This document shows, in pieces, positions 1 through 9,186 of a DNA stretch of 64,000 bases; the stretch's first letter is position 1, and the number at the start of each line of letters is the position of its first letter. Position numbers and translations under genes: made by a program. The DNA is from a bacterium (lineage in GTDB: Bacteria; RBG-13-61-14; DATKZS01), in contig CAXXFL010000006.1 of the NCBI GenBank assembly GCA_963674965.2, positions 1,024,001 through 1,088,000 on the forward strand. Direction: 5' to 3'. The notes beneath the pieces are model-generated. The model saw nothing but the letters and a program-made list of their open reading frames with translations. It was not told where the DNA came from and searched no databases.

Positions 1-1198
1 CGATTCGGTCAAAGGCGTTATAAACGCTCGCGCTGTTCAAATCACCGTTTATAGCGCTGGAATTATTACTGAAAATGTCGCTCCCGCTTATGATTTTCGA
101 TAAGTTGTTGTTCACTCGAGGCGACAAGAAATTTGACACTCCAGATTTAAGCATGGAGAATCCTCTCTGATAGCATGCGGCTTCCCCCGCTCTGGTTTCC
201 AACTGCGGAACGATCTCTTTTAATTTATGGTGATCGATATACTCTCTAAAGCCTTTGGGTTTTCCGCCTCTGGCTACTATCTCGAAAACGTCGTAACCGC
301 GCGGGTCAAGGCCTTTTATACCGAGCGTATACGCTTCCTTGTCTCCATTTTTTCCATGAAACGAAAAGGACGGTGAATCCATCGCGTCTATTGAATCTAA
401 TATTTGCTTGCCTTTCCACGTCTTTTTAATTGTGTTTATTTTTTCATCCAGCGCCGTATATCGATCATCCTTGTATTCAAAGCACGTCCCCACGCCGCCC
501 GGCTTTTCTATCTGTGTTTTTAAAGATTTATTAACCAGTATCTGCGAAGGCATTGCAAGGTCGCATAATCTAGCCGTAATATCAACCGACACTCCAATAA
601 TATCCGCGGCGTTGTGGTTAACGGCAAAATCCGGCGGTTTCTCCCAGGTCGGAACGCCCAGATTGGCGGGAAATGAGACCGGAACGTCCACGATGAAGTT
701 GAAATTCGTGACGGCGCCATTACCGGCCGTCGGGATACCATTTTCCGAGTGATAGCTGACGTCCATTCCACCTGGACCAACGTGGACAATTCCACATTTG
801 GATTTTATATCCAGTCTTTTTTCGTCGTTCTCAATTTCCAATATTTTGAAAAACGTCAGAACGGTTAATAGCGCCAATTCAACTGAATTCTTCTGAAAAA
901 AACCAACCAACACGCCGTCTCCCATGACCTTGATAAAGGTCTTGGAAAATTGGCCATCATCAATAATGACGTCCTCAAGAACCTGTAAAAACGTATTATT
1001 GTGCATATCGATTTTCGCCCAACCCATGAGGCGCTCTTTTACTTTCACCTCCGTGGAGCCGCACATGTCGACAAATACAAGGGTCATTGGTTCATTCTGC
1101 CTATGAGCCATCAGCTTCTTCTGCAATTCTTGAATATAGGCCTCCTTGATTTCCTTCTCATGCTCTTTTGCCACATTATCATCGTTTGAATTCGTCAT
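1..1198 (-). CDS. Class III nucleotide (adenylate/guanylate-type) cyclase domain protein, 3' end outside window
   Basis: Not in the ORF track because it has no stop in the window. Manual translation from ATG at 1198 (RBS GAGGAGG upstream) is open for 399 codons to the edge. Motifs: LVFVDMCGST, FIKVMGDGVL, DIIGVSVDITARL..AMPSQILVN, GIKGL. Visibly more AT-rich than neighbours. Confidence 0.85.
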   Translation of the reverse strand, partial: MTNSNDDNVAKEHEKEIKEAYIQELQKKLMAHRQNEPMTLVFVDMCGSTEVKVKERLMGWAKIDMHNNTFLQVLEDVIIDDGQFSKTFIKVMGDGVLVGFFQKNSVELALLTVLTFFKILEIENDEKRLDIKSKCGIVHVGPGGMDVSYHSENGIPTAGNGAVTNFNFIVDVPVSFPANLGVPTWEKPPDFAVNHNAADIIGVSVDITARLCDLAMPSQILVNKSLKTQIEKPGGVGTCFEYKDDRYTALDEKINTIKKTWKGKQILDSIDAMDSPSFSFHGKNGDKEAYTLGIKGLDPRGYDVFEIVARGGKPKGFREYIDHHKLKEIVPQLETRAGEAACYQRGFSMLKSGVSNFLSPRVNNNLSKIISGSDIFSNNSSAINGDLNSASVYNAFDRI

Positions 1199-1509
1199 GG
1201 TTAATACCTCCTCGTTGATAAAATATTTACAAATGCTTATTCCTTGGGTATCTACATTATATGCGCCGCTTATTCGTTTTATAACGCGATCTATTATTAT
1301 TTACGATTTACACAACGCGTTTATAACCATTCCCATCCCTGCAAACATCTATAATTCTCGTGACTTATGGGAATTTACCGATATTTGCATAAGTGCGCTG
1401 GGATCCGTATATAATAGCGTATCAAACATTAAAAGGATTTACAAATATATACCTTATTTAATATTCTCGCGCCTTGGACAATACCTTTTCCGCTCTTGAA
1501 CTCGCAAAT

Positions 1510-1557
1510 AAAAAACGGGTAACGCGCGAAACGCCTTGCGCCGCGCCCGTTACCCGT
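1510..1557 (-). terminator. Probable intrinsic terminator downstream of the TPR-like gene
   Basis: Inverted repeat ACGGGTAAC (1515-1523) / GTTACCCGT (1549-1557) followed by a T-run on the minus strand. Confidence 0.55.
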
Positions 1558-1579
1558 ATGATCTTTTACCGGCGGTTAT

Positions 1580-2425
1580 TTACTTCTCCGGATAGTCCTT
1601 TCCCGCGATGTCCTTCCACAGTTTCCTCGCGTCGGCCTGGGCTTCCTTGTTGGCCGCCACCTCGTCCGGGAAAATGGTATCCGCGTCCTTTTGCAGGGCC
1701 TCGTCGAGCAGGGAGAGGGCCTCGTCCTTTTTATCGAAATAGGTGTTGATGAAACGGGCCTTGTACACGTAGTTGTGCAAGTAGCGCGGCTCCTTTTTGA
1801 TGGAGGCGTCGATGTCGTCCACCACCTCCTGCACGTCGTAGCCCACCATCTTGACCACGGCCTTGGGCACGCGCACCACTATCTCAGACCAGAGCCGGCC
1901 CGAGGCGCCGTAGTAATAGTCCTCCCCGTGCTCGCCCACGTAATCCGAGTGCTTGAGGATGGTGGGAAAAGCCGCCGCCTGGGAAAGGATCGAGCTGAAC
2001 TCGAGGCTGGCCGCCTTGTTGACGGCGAACCAGTAATGGCCGCCCACCGTCTCGTTGAGCTTGATGGATTTCTCCGCCGCCTCGATGCCCTTGGCGTAGA
2101 TGCCCTCCAGCTTTTTCTGCTGTTCCTCGGTCTCCTTGGGCAGCAGGTTGCCGTAGTTCCAGTAGTACCTGGAAAGGTCGGTAAGGATCATGTAGTTGTC
2201 GGGATCGAGCTTGTCCGCCTGCTCCATCAGGGCCACGCACTGCTTGTAGCCGTCGGCCGTGGTCTCGCGCTTGTTGATCGTCCAGGCTTCGTCAATCAAC
2301 TTCTGGGCCTCGGCGTTCTTGGATTCGGGTTTGGGAAGACCGTCGGCCAGGGCGGAAGTGGACAGGAATACGGCCGCCAAAATGAAAGCCATCGCGCCTG
2401 AAAACCATTTTTTCCTCATCGTCAT
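1580..2425 (-). CDS. Secreted TPR-like helical repeat protein (TatT/RMD-like)
   Basis: 281 aa with signal peptide (..LSTSALA|DG), helical repeats and GHYWFAVN motif; host-like codon usage. Confidence 0.6.
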   Translation of the reverse strand: MTMRKKWFSGAMAFILAAVFLSTSALADGLPKPESKNAEAQKLIDEAWTINKRETTADGYKQCVALMEQADKLDPDNYMILTDLSRYYWNYGNLLPKETEEQQKKLEGIYAKGIEAAEKSIKLNETVGGHYWFAVNKAASLEFSSILSQAAAFPTILKHSDYVGEHGEDYYYGASGRLWSEIVVRVPKAVVKMVGYDVQEVVDDIDASIKKEPRYLHNYVYKARFINTYFDKKDEALSLLDEALQKDADTIFPDEVAANKEAQADARKLWKDIAGKDYPEK

Positions 2426-2740
2426 ATCTCCTTTTCAGTTTCCTTATCTATCCCGCTCACCCCGTTTAGACCGCTTAATGAGCGAAAAGTTGACTAAAGC
2501 CGCGCGCCCGTTCGCTAAGCAAAAGAAAATATTGCCCTATTTAAAAAATTTTCCAACTTTGTAAAACGCGAAAGAGAAGCGTTCCGGTCCTTCCCCCATT
2601 CCCGCCGCGATATTATACGACCGGTAAGAAAATAGTAAATTTTGCCCCCCATGTCAAACCTCTTGCTGAGTGGACTTCACCCATTTTGCAGAACTTGAGA
2701 TGTACGGCTCGTGGCGGTCTGCAAATAAATCGAAGACCAA

Positions 2741-2950
2741 GCCCGAAGGGCTTTAACATGAGTAGCCGTAGGCGCAAGCCTACGGGAGGCGTGGCCTAAA
2801 ATTTCTCACCCGCCCCTACAGGGGGCGAACCTTGCCAGGCTTCGGCAATCCAGGTCGCCGCGAGTCCGGCCCGTTCAGGGCCGAAGAATATTTGCCAAAT
2901 CCTTCCGTAGGCCAAGACCTACGTCTACTCGAATTTCCCCCCTTCGGGGG
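2741..2950. repeat. Nested palindromic REP/REPIN-like extragenic element
   Basis: Nested inverted arms: CCCGAAGGG/CCCTTCGGG; GAGTAGCCGTAGG/CCTACGTCTACTC; GCCTACGGGAGG/CCTTCCGTAGGC. Internal hairpin CCGTAGGC-GCAA-GCCTACGG. Confidence 0.7.
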
Positions 2951-3123
2951 GAGGCGACCGAGTCCATTTCAGCGGCGTCCCATAAAATCCGCGCGAGGAG
3001 GCGACGATTGATTTTCACTTCGCGCGGCGGACAACTTACCGGATGAAAAAAGGAACCAAGAGTGAAACGCTCAAAGTTGGGGAAAGTTCCGCTTGCTGAC
3101 CTTTGACGCGAATATTCGAGCGC

Positions 3124-5001
3124 TCACTCGGTCTCGAAAAGGTCCCCGGGGACCATATCCTTGTATTCGGCCCGGACAAAGACGGGAATTGTGTCCAAGG
3201 GTACCTCCACCTCGATGGTCGCCGGGCCCTCGTGGGTTTTCGATCCATCCCAAAGGTCGATCCATTCTCCCTCGGGCAGGTAGACCTCCCTCTCCCTTTG
3301 CTCCTTTTTCCAGACGGGGGCCACAAGGAAAGCTGGTCCGTACATGTACTCGTCCCACTTGTCCCTCACCTTGGGGTCCCCGGGCCAGTCCATGACCAGG
3401 GGATGGACGATGGGATTGCCCGTCTCGCTCGCCCGCCCGGCCAGGTCGTGGGAATAACCGGCCAGTTTCGCGTGCATCCAGGCGTATCTTTTGAGTATTT
3501 CTATCATCTCCTCGTCGTAGGACGGCTCCCCGGGCATGTTCCATGGCTCGTGCGACCCCTGTCCGCCTATCTCCATGAAGGGACAGAAGCAGGAGAACTC
3601 GATCCAGCGGGCGAAGACCTCGCGGTCGATAAAGTTCTGGTATCCGCCCGTGTCCGAGCCCCAGACGGGAAAGCCCATAAAGGCCATGCGCTGGAGGCTG
3701 ATGATGGCGCTCCGAAGGCCCAGGTCCGTGGATACGCGGCCGCCCGAGTGGGGAACGCTTCCCCTCGTGTCTCCCCCCCATACGACGCTCCAGGCCTGGG
3801 TACCCGTATAACCGGCGCGGGGCACGAGCACGAAGTCGTCGCCCCTGACCGCCCCGGTCCCGTCGTAATAGGTCTTTATATACATGCGGGGATAGTCGTT
3901 ATGCACCTCGACCCCGCTCCGGCCGTCGTGATATACGTCAAGGAAACTCGAGGGGTTGTACTCTTCCGAGCGGTCGAGTTTCCAGCCGTCCACCCCGGAG
4001 CGCCCGACAAAGCGGCTTATCTTGTCCACGTGCCAGGCGACCGCCCTGGGGTCGGTATAGTCCAGGCAACGCGTCCCTTTTTTGAAGCCCTTGATCCGCG
4101 CCTGGAAACCGAAGTCCGACGGCCGGTGGCCGATGGCCCAGGGCGCTCCCCACACCAGGACCCGCCAGCCCCGGCCGTGGAGCCTCGCGACCATCTCGTC
4201 GCCGTTGGGAAAACGGCGCGGGTCCCACTCGAAGTTGCCGTAGCCGTCGCGGCCCTCGGCCCAGGGCCGGTCGATCATGTATATGCCCACCGGCAGGCCC
4301 AGCTTCTCGTAACTGAGTATATCGTCGGCCACCTCGGCGTTAACGGTCAGGCCGTCAAGCTCGGCAAAGTCGTTTCTGGCCACCTGGTCCCTCCACTTGA
4401 GGGGCAGGAAAACCCATGGGGGCGGCAAAAAGGGCCGACCGGTCGTCCTGGTGTATTTATCCAGGACCTCGAGGCAATCTCCCTCGAAGAACAGGCAGGA
4501 GAAGCCTTCGGCGCCGGTCTTCCATCCCACGCGAAGGACCTCGGGGTCCGTCTTGCCTATGTCGTAGACGCCCGGCCAGGTCCCCTCCACCAGCATGCCG
4601 TAGCCCTCGGAGCTTATATAAAATGGAGCGCAGGCCGAGATGGTGGGTCTGACCCACATGGTCACCACCTCGCCCACGCGGTCCAGACCGCCAACTTCCT
4701 CGGGTATCCGCTCGCCCGCCTTCACGTCATCGACTATGCGCTCCGTCAGTCCATAGATGGCCTCGCCCGGCGCGAGCGGGATTTCCAGATGGCCATTATC
4801 GCCGGTCAGCCGATATACCCCGCCGCCAAGGTCCTCGATCGCGGCGTCGCCCGAGGCCGTAACGCCAAAGGGAGAGCGCCCTATCTCGACCTTTACGGCC
4901 GCGCCCTCGAAACCCAGGCGGGGCGGAAAAATTTCTCCCAGACTCGCCGCTATCGTTAACGCGGACAAAACGGCCGCGCCCAATATCCAAGCTTTACGCA
5001 T
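3124..5001 (-). CDS. Glycoside hydrolase family 31 (alpha-glucosidase/xylosidase-like), probably exported
   Basis: GWKLDRSEE nucleophile motif, WGGDT acid/base, GSDTGGY, EYMYGPAFLVAPV, VYLPEGEWIDLW; N-terminal hydrophobic signal. Confidence 0.9.
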   Translation of the reverse strand: MRKAWILGAAVLSALTIAASLGEIFPPRLGFEGAAVKVEIGRSPFGVTASGDAAIEDLGGGVYRLTGDNGHLEIPLAPGEAIYGLTERIVDDVKAGERIPEEVGGLDRVGEVVTMWVRPTISACAPFYISSEGYGMLVEGTWPGVYDIGKTDPEVLRVGWKTGAEGFSCLFFEGDCLEVLDKYTRTTGRPFLPPPWVFLPLKWRDQVARNDFAELDGLTVNAEVADDILSYEKLGLPVGIYMIDRPWAEGRDGYGNFEWDPRRFPNGDEMVARLHGRGWRVLVWGAPWAIGHRPSDFGFQARIKGFKKGTRCLDYTDPRAVAWHVDKISRFVGRSGVDGWKLDRSEEYNPSSFLDVYHDGRSGVEVHNDYPRMYIKTYYDGTGAVRGDDFVLVPRAGYTGTQAWSVVWGGDTRGSVPHSGGRVSTDLGLRSAIISLQRMAFMGFPVWGSDTGGYQNFIDREVFARWIEFSCFCPFMEIGGQGSHEPWNMPGEPSYDEEMIEILKRYAWMHAKLAGYSHDLAGRASETGNPIVHPLVMDWPGDPKVRDKWDEYMYGPAFLVAPVWKKEQREREVYLPEGEWIDLWDGSKTHEGPATIEVEVPLDTIPVFVRAEYKDMVPGDLFETE

Positions 5002-5083
5002 AGCCGACCTCCAAAAATAAAGGGTAAAAAGTTTTATAGCACTCTTTACCCTCCCGGCAAAAACCGCCGCGCGAGGCGGCCGC

Positions 5084-5980
5084 CTATCCGTCGGAACCGC
5101 TCAGCATACGCTCGATCCTCTCGTCCTTCCTTTCCCAGAGGTCGTTAAGCCACGACTGGAACCCGGCCCGGTACTCCTCGTCCGAGAAGTAATCTCCCCG
5201 GAATTCATCGGTCACGGGAATTTTCTCGACGTGGACCCTGACGAGGGGGACCTCGCCCTTCAGGAAACCCCACAGCTCCCGGGCGCCCCCCGGATAGGCC
5301 ACGGTCACGTCCAGGATGGTGGAAACCTTTCCGCCCAGGGCCGCCAGCACGAAGGCCGCCCCCGCCGCCTTGGGCCGAAGGAGCCTCTTGTAGGGGGAAT
5401 TTTTCTCCGCGTGCTTTCTAGCGGAAAACCTGGTCCCCTCGACGAAGTTCATCACGGCCATGGGAATCTTCCGGAATTTCTCACAGGCCGCGCGGGTGGT
5501 TTCGAGGTCGTCGCCTTTTTTCTCGGGATGCCTTCTTAGATACTCCCTCGAGTACCTTTTCATAAAGGGCATATCCATTATCCAGCAGGCCTGTCCGATT
5601 ACGGGGACGAAAATCAGTTCCTTTTTAAGGAAAAACTTGAGGAAGGGTATCCTGTTATGAAAGACCTTGAAGAGCACGACCACGTCGGTCCAGGCCTGGT
5701 GGTTCGCGATCACCAGGTACCAGTCCTCCTTGTCGAGGTCAAGGTCGCCCGTGATCTCCCACTTAACGTCGTTGGTCAGGGCCAGGGTGATATCGTGACA
5801 GGCCACCCAGCCGTCGCCCACCATCATCCCGATCCAGCTCGCGGCCCTTTGAAACGGAGCGAGCGGTATCAGCTTCAAAGGCAACGCCAGAAGCAGAATC
5901 GAAAACCAAAGGGTAGTATAAGCGGCGAAAAACACGAACGCCGCGACGGCGCGGGGCAAGCCCCTCGGCAAGACCGTCAT
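5084..5980 (-). CDS. PlsC/YihG-like 1-acyl-sn-glycerol-3-phosphate acyltransferase
   Basis: NHQAWTD (HX4D) motif, FFLKKEL, FVEGTRF. Confidence 0.85.
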   Translation of the reverse strand: MTVLPRGLPRAVAAFVFFAAYTTLWFSILLLALPLKLIPLAPFQRAASWIGMMVGDGWVACHDITLALTNDVKWEITGDLDLDKEDWYLVIANHQAWTDVVVLFKVFHNRIPFLKFFLKKELIFVPVIGQACWIMDMPFMKRYSREYLRRHPEKKGDDLETTRAACEKFRKIPMAVMNFVEGTRFSARKHAEKNSPYKRLLRPKAAGAAFVLAALGGKVSTILDVTVAYPGGARELWGFLKGEVPLVRVHVEKIPVTDEFRGDYFSDEEYRAGFQSWLNDLWERKDERIERMLSGSDG

Positions 5981-6114
5981 CGCGATAGCCCTCCCCTTCC
6001 CTGTATTGCTCGCGCGGAAGGGCCGCCAGGTCTCGCCACGGGACGAGACGATCGGGGACTGACTCCTCGATTTCTTCGCGCGGCCCCTATTCCCCCCCGC
6101 GCCGGAGTAATGAT

Positions 6115-6143
6115 AGCATATTTAGACTGACGTGTCAGGTCAA
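6115..6143 (-). promoter_or_regulatory. Candidate sigma70 promoter of the acyltransferase gene with a palindromic operator in its spacer
   Basis: Minus strand TTGACC-17 bp-TATGCT; palindrome CTGAC-GT-GTCAG at 6127-6138. Confidence 0.5.
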
Positions 6144-6443
6144 ATTTTGCCGCCCGCCGATAAAAGGGGAACACTTTCCCCCTGACCGCGCTCAAAATAA
6201 TAAATGACGAACCGTGAAGGAATAATGATCGTAAGCGAAAAGCGTGAGGCCAAGACCCTTTCGGGTTGCATTAAGGCTCTTTCATGGTATCATTTGAAGT
6301 AATCACAGCTCGCGAGGCCGCTTAAGTCTTTATGAATCTTGAGATTATTTCTCGGCGAGGGAAGCGGCCGACTGATTTGCCCGACGCGGCGGGAAGGCAT
6401 TTATCAAGGCCATTCTCGTTTCCGCCCGGGTCATGGAGGAAAA

Positions 6444-7835
6444 ATGAAAAACCATTCCAGGCTTTCCGGACGACGCTCTGCCGCGGCCCTTGGCCTCGTT
6501 TTGTTGCTCTCCTTTATTTCCGTGTTTGGCGTCGCCTGGTTTCAGAAAGCCTCGGCCGTTGCCGACGACACTTACGAGTACCTCGAGCTTTTCAATCAGG
6601 TGCTGGCGATCGTGCAAAAGGACTACGTCAAGGAGGTCAACACCAAGGAGCTTCTTTACGGGGCCATTGACGGCATGCTTGCCACCCTCGATCCTCACAG
6701 CGTTTTCATCTCGACCGAGGACTACAAGCAGATGCGGGAGGACATCTCCGGTGAGTTCGGCGGACTCGGCATCCAGATAACCGTTAAGGACGACAAACTG
6801 GTTATCATCGCGCCCATCGAGGACACGCCGGCCTGGCGTGAAGGCCTGCAGGCGGGCGACTGGATCACTCATATCGAGGGCAAGTCCACCAACGGCATGC
6901 GCATCAACGACGCGGTCCACCTGATGCGCGGCCCTATCGGCACGTCCATCACCATATCGGTTTTGCGCGAGGGCTTGGACAAGCCCAAGGACTATACCCT
7001 GGTGCGCGACGCCATTCCCATCAAGAGCGTAAAGGAATACGAGCTTATGAAGGGAGACGTCGGCTACATCCGGGTCATGACCTTCACGGAGAACACCGAA
7101 AAGGAGTCCAAGGACGCCTATAACGAGCTCGAGGCCAAGGCGGGAGGAAAACTCAAGGGCCTGGTCCTCGACCTCCGGAGCAACCCCGGCGGCCCACTCG
7201 ATCAGGCGGTGAAGCTTTCCAACATGTTCCTTTCCGAGGGCCCGGTGGTGAGCGTCAAGGGCCGCCTCGAGTCGAGCAAGCAGACCGACTACGCCAAGAA
7301 AAAGGACGCCATCTTGGACCTTCCCATGGTCGTTCTCGTGAACCAGCACTCGGCCAGCGCCTCGGAGATCGTGGCGGGGGCCCTGCAGGACCACGGCCGG
7401 GCGGTCATACTTGGCAAGCTCACTTTTGGCAAAGGCTCGGTGCAGCAGCTTCGGACCCTGAAGGACGGATCGGGTCTCAAGCTGACCACCGCTTATTACT
7501 ACACGCCCAGCGGGAGATCGATCCAGGAGAACGGCATCCAGCCGGACGTTGACGTTGACGAATTCAGTCCCGAACAAAAAGAGAAGTTGAAGGAGACGGA
7601 GGCCGACGAACGAAGGTACTTGCGGGAGCGGGATTTGGCGGGACACTTCAGCCACGCCGACGTGATCGGAGTCGAGGAAGAAGACGGGGACACGGCGGGG
7701 CCGGCTGAGGAGAATAAAAAGGGTCAGGAGTTCCTGCCGGATAAAGTCGGAGACGACACGGAGGACTACCAGCTGCAAAGGGCCCTGGACCTCCTGAGGA
7801 ACGAGCGGAACTTCCAGGCAGTTCTTAACCGCTGA
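6444..7835 (+). CDS. ctpA: Carboxyl-terminal processing protease, S41 family (PDZ + peptidase)
   Basis: LDPHS, GEFGGLGI, DLRSNPGG, SASASEIVAGALQD, TFGKGSVQ. Start moved to ATG 6444 after GGAGG. Confidence 0.92.
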   Translation: MKNHSRLSGRRSAAALGLVLLLSFISVFGVAWFQKASAVADDTYEYLELFNQVLAIVQKDYVKEVNTKELLYGAIDGMLATLDPHSVFISTEDYKQMREDISGEFGGLGIQITVKDDKLVIIAPIEDTPAWREGLQAGDWITHIEGKSTNGMRINDAVHLMRGPIGTSITISVLREGLDKPKDYTLVRDAIPIKSVKEYELMKGDVGYIRVMTFTENTEKESKDAYNELEAKAGGKLKGLVLDLRSNPGGPLDQAVKLSNMFLSEGPVVSVKGRLESSKQTDYAKKKDAILDLPMVVLVNQHSASASEIVAGALQDHGRAVILGKLTFGKGSVQQLRTLKDGSGLKLTTAYYYTPSGRSIQENGIQPDVDVDEFSPEQKEKLKETEADERRYLRERDLAGHFSHADVIGVEEEDGDTAGPAEENKKGQEFLPDKVGDDTEDYQLQRALDLLRNERNFQAVLNR

Positions 7836-7872
7836 CCGCGCGGCTTGCAAGCCGGACCTCGGATCGGCCTCG

Positions 7873-9186
7873 ATGGAAATGGCCAAATCCAGGCGTAAAA
7901 AGAAAAAGAAATCCGGGATCGGATGGATAATAGGAGTGTTCGCCTTCCTGCTCCTGTGGCTCGCGTGCATGTCGGGAGCGGCTTGGTTCTACCTGGGACC
8001 GGATAAAAAGGAACAACCCAAACAAGCGGCGAAAAGCCAGGCCGCGCCGTCCAAAGAGGAGGAGGCCAAACTCCTCGCCGCCGGGGCCAAGCTGGCCCTT
8101 TCATCCCCCCCTCTGGACTCGCTCGGAAAAGTTACGGACCTCGAGAATAAAAAGATCGGAAGCGGGTCCCTGTATTCTCTCGTCTGGATGGGCGACTCGG
8201 ACCAGGGACTGGTGCTGGCCGAAAAAGCCGTCCAGGACGCCTGGCGCGCCAAGGGAGGCGGCGTGAGGGTGGGAGTGCTCTACCCCGACCACGCGGAGGA
8301 CGGCGAGCGCGTGCGCATGGTCGCGGGCATGACGGAGATACCCGTCGTCGAGGTCCTCTTGAAAAGGAGCCACAAGCCCGAGCCGGCCCCCAAGCCACCC
8401 CCAACCACGCGCCCCGCCCCAAAGCCAAACGACTATGGCGGCAAGGACAATACAGTCGCTCCGGCCCCGGATAAAGTCCCGCCCCCCAAGCGGCCCGCCC
8501 CGCCGCGGCCGGCGGGAGGATCGAAACCAAGGATCGCCATCATCATCGACGACATCGGCAACAACATGCACGACCTGGAGGCGCTTTTAAAAATCCCCGT
8601 GAAACTGACCTTCTCCGTGCTTCCCTACGAGAGGTATACTAAAAGCGCCTGCGAAAGACTGGCCGGCGGAGGCCAGGAGATCATGCTCCACATGCCCATG
8701 CAGCCCATGAGCTATCCCGAGGCCGATCCCGGCGAGGGGGCCCTGCTCCTTACCATGAACGGCAAGCAGATCGCCGGAGCCATGGAAAGGGCCTTGAAGG
8801 CCGTGCCCATGGCCAAGGGCATGAACAACCACATGGGATCGGCCTTTACCGCCGAGCCCGAGCGTCTCGACATTGCCCTGTCCCTGCTCAAGAAAAGGGG
8901 GCTTTTCTTCGTCGACAGCAGGACGTCCTCCAGGAGCGAGGCCTATAACGTGGCCGTGAAACTCGGGCTGCCCGCGGCTTCGCGCGACGTGTTCCTGGAC
9001 CACGACCAGAACCGGGAAAGGATCGAGGGCCAGCTCGTCTCCCTGGCCGCGGCCGCGAGCGAGCGGGGCTACGCCCTGGGCATAGGCCACCCCTATCCGG
9101 AGACCATCGCCGTGTTGAGTGAAAAACTTCCTCTCCTCAAGTCTCACGGCTACGAGTTCGTCCACGCCTCGGAGTTGGTCCGATGA
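7873..9186 (+). CDS. Divergent polysaccharide deacetylase family protein (YibQ-like)
   Basis: IAIIIDDIG, LHMPMQP, NNHMGS, FVDSRT, RDVFLD, IGHP; N-terminal TM segment and Pro-rich linker. Confidence 0.9.
   Translation: MEMAKSRRKKKKKSGIGWIIGVFAFLLLWLACMSGAAWFYLGPDKKEQPKQAAKSQAAPSKEEEAKLLAAGAKLALSSPPLDSLGKVTDLENKKIGSGSLYSLVWMGDSDQGLVLAEKAVQDAWRAKGGGVRVGVLYPDHAEDGERVRMVAGMTEIPVVEVLLKRSHKPEPAPKPPPTTRPAPKPNDYGGKDNTVAPAPDKVPPPKRPAPPRPAGGSKPRIAIIIDDIGNNMHDLEALLKIPVKLTFSVLPYERYTKSACERLAGGGQEIMLHMPMQPMSYPEADPGEGALLLTMNGKQIAGAMERALKAVPMAKGMNNHMGSAFTAEPERLDIALSLLKKRGLFFVDSRTSSRSEAYNVAVKLGLPAASRDVFLDHDQNRERIEGQLVSLAAAASERGYALGIGHPYPETIAVLSEKLPLLKSHGYEFVHASELVR

Noticed and set aside
408..1499. Short ORFs listed in 408-1499
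   Set aside because: They are shadows of the minus-strand cyclase gene or run into AT-rich intergenic DNA, with no recognisable motifs
3103..4959. Long antisense ORFs (also 6345-7970, 13650-15407, 16967-18565, 18689-20821, 23470-25413, 25998-27353, 48445-49989 and others)
   Set aside because: Typical stop-poor antisense frames of GC-rich genes; the opposite strand carries clear family motifs
3124..5001. GH31 as a sulfoquinovosidase linked to sulfur metabolism
   Set aside because: Catalytic-region motifs (WKLDRSEE, WGGDT) differ from YihQ-type enzymes and no sulfoglycolysis genes are adjacent
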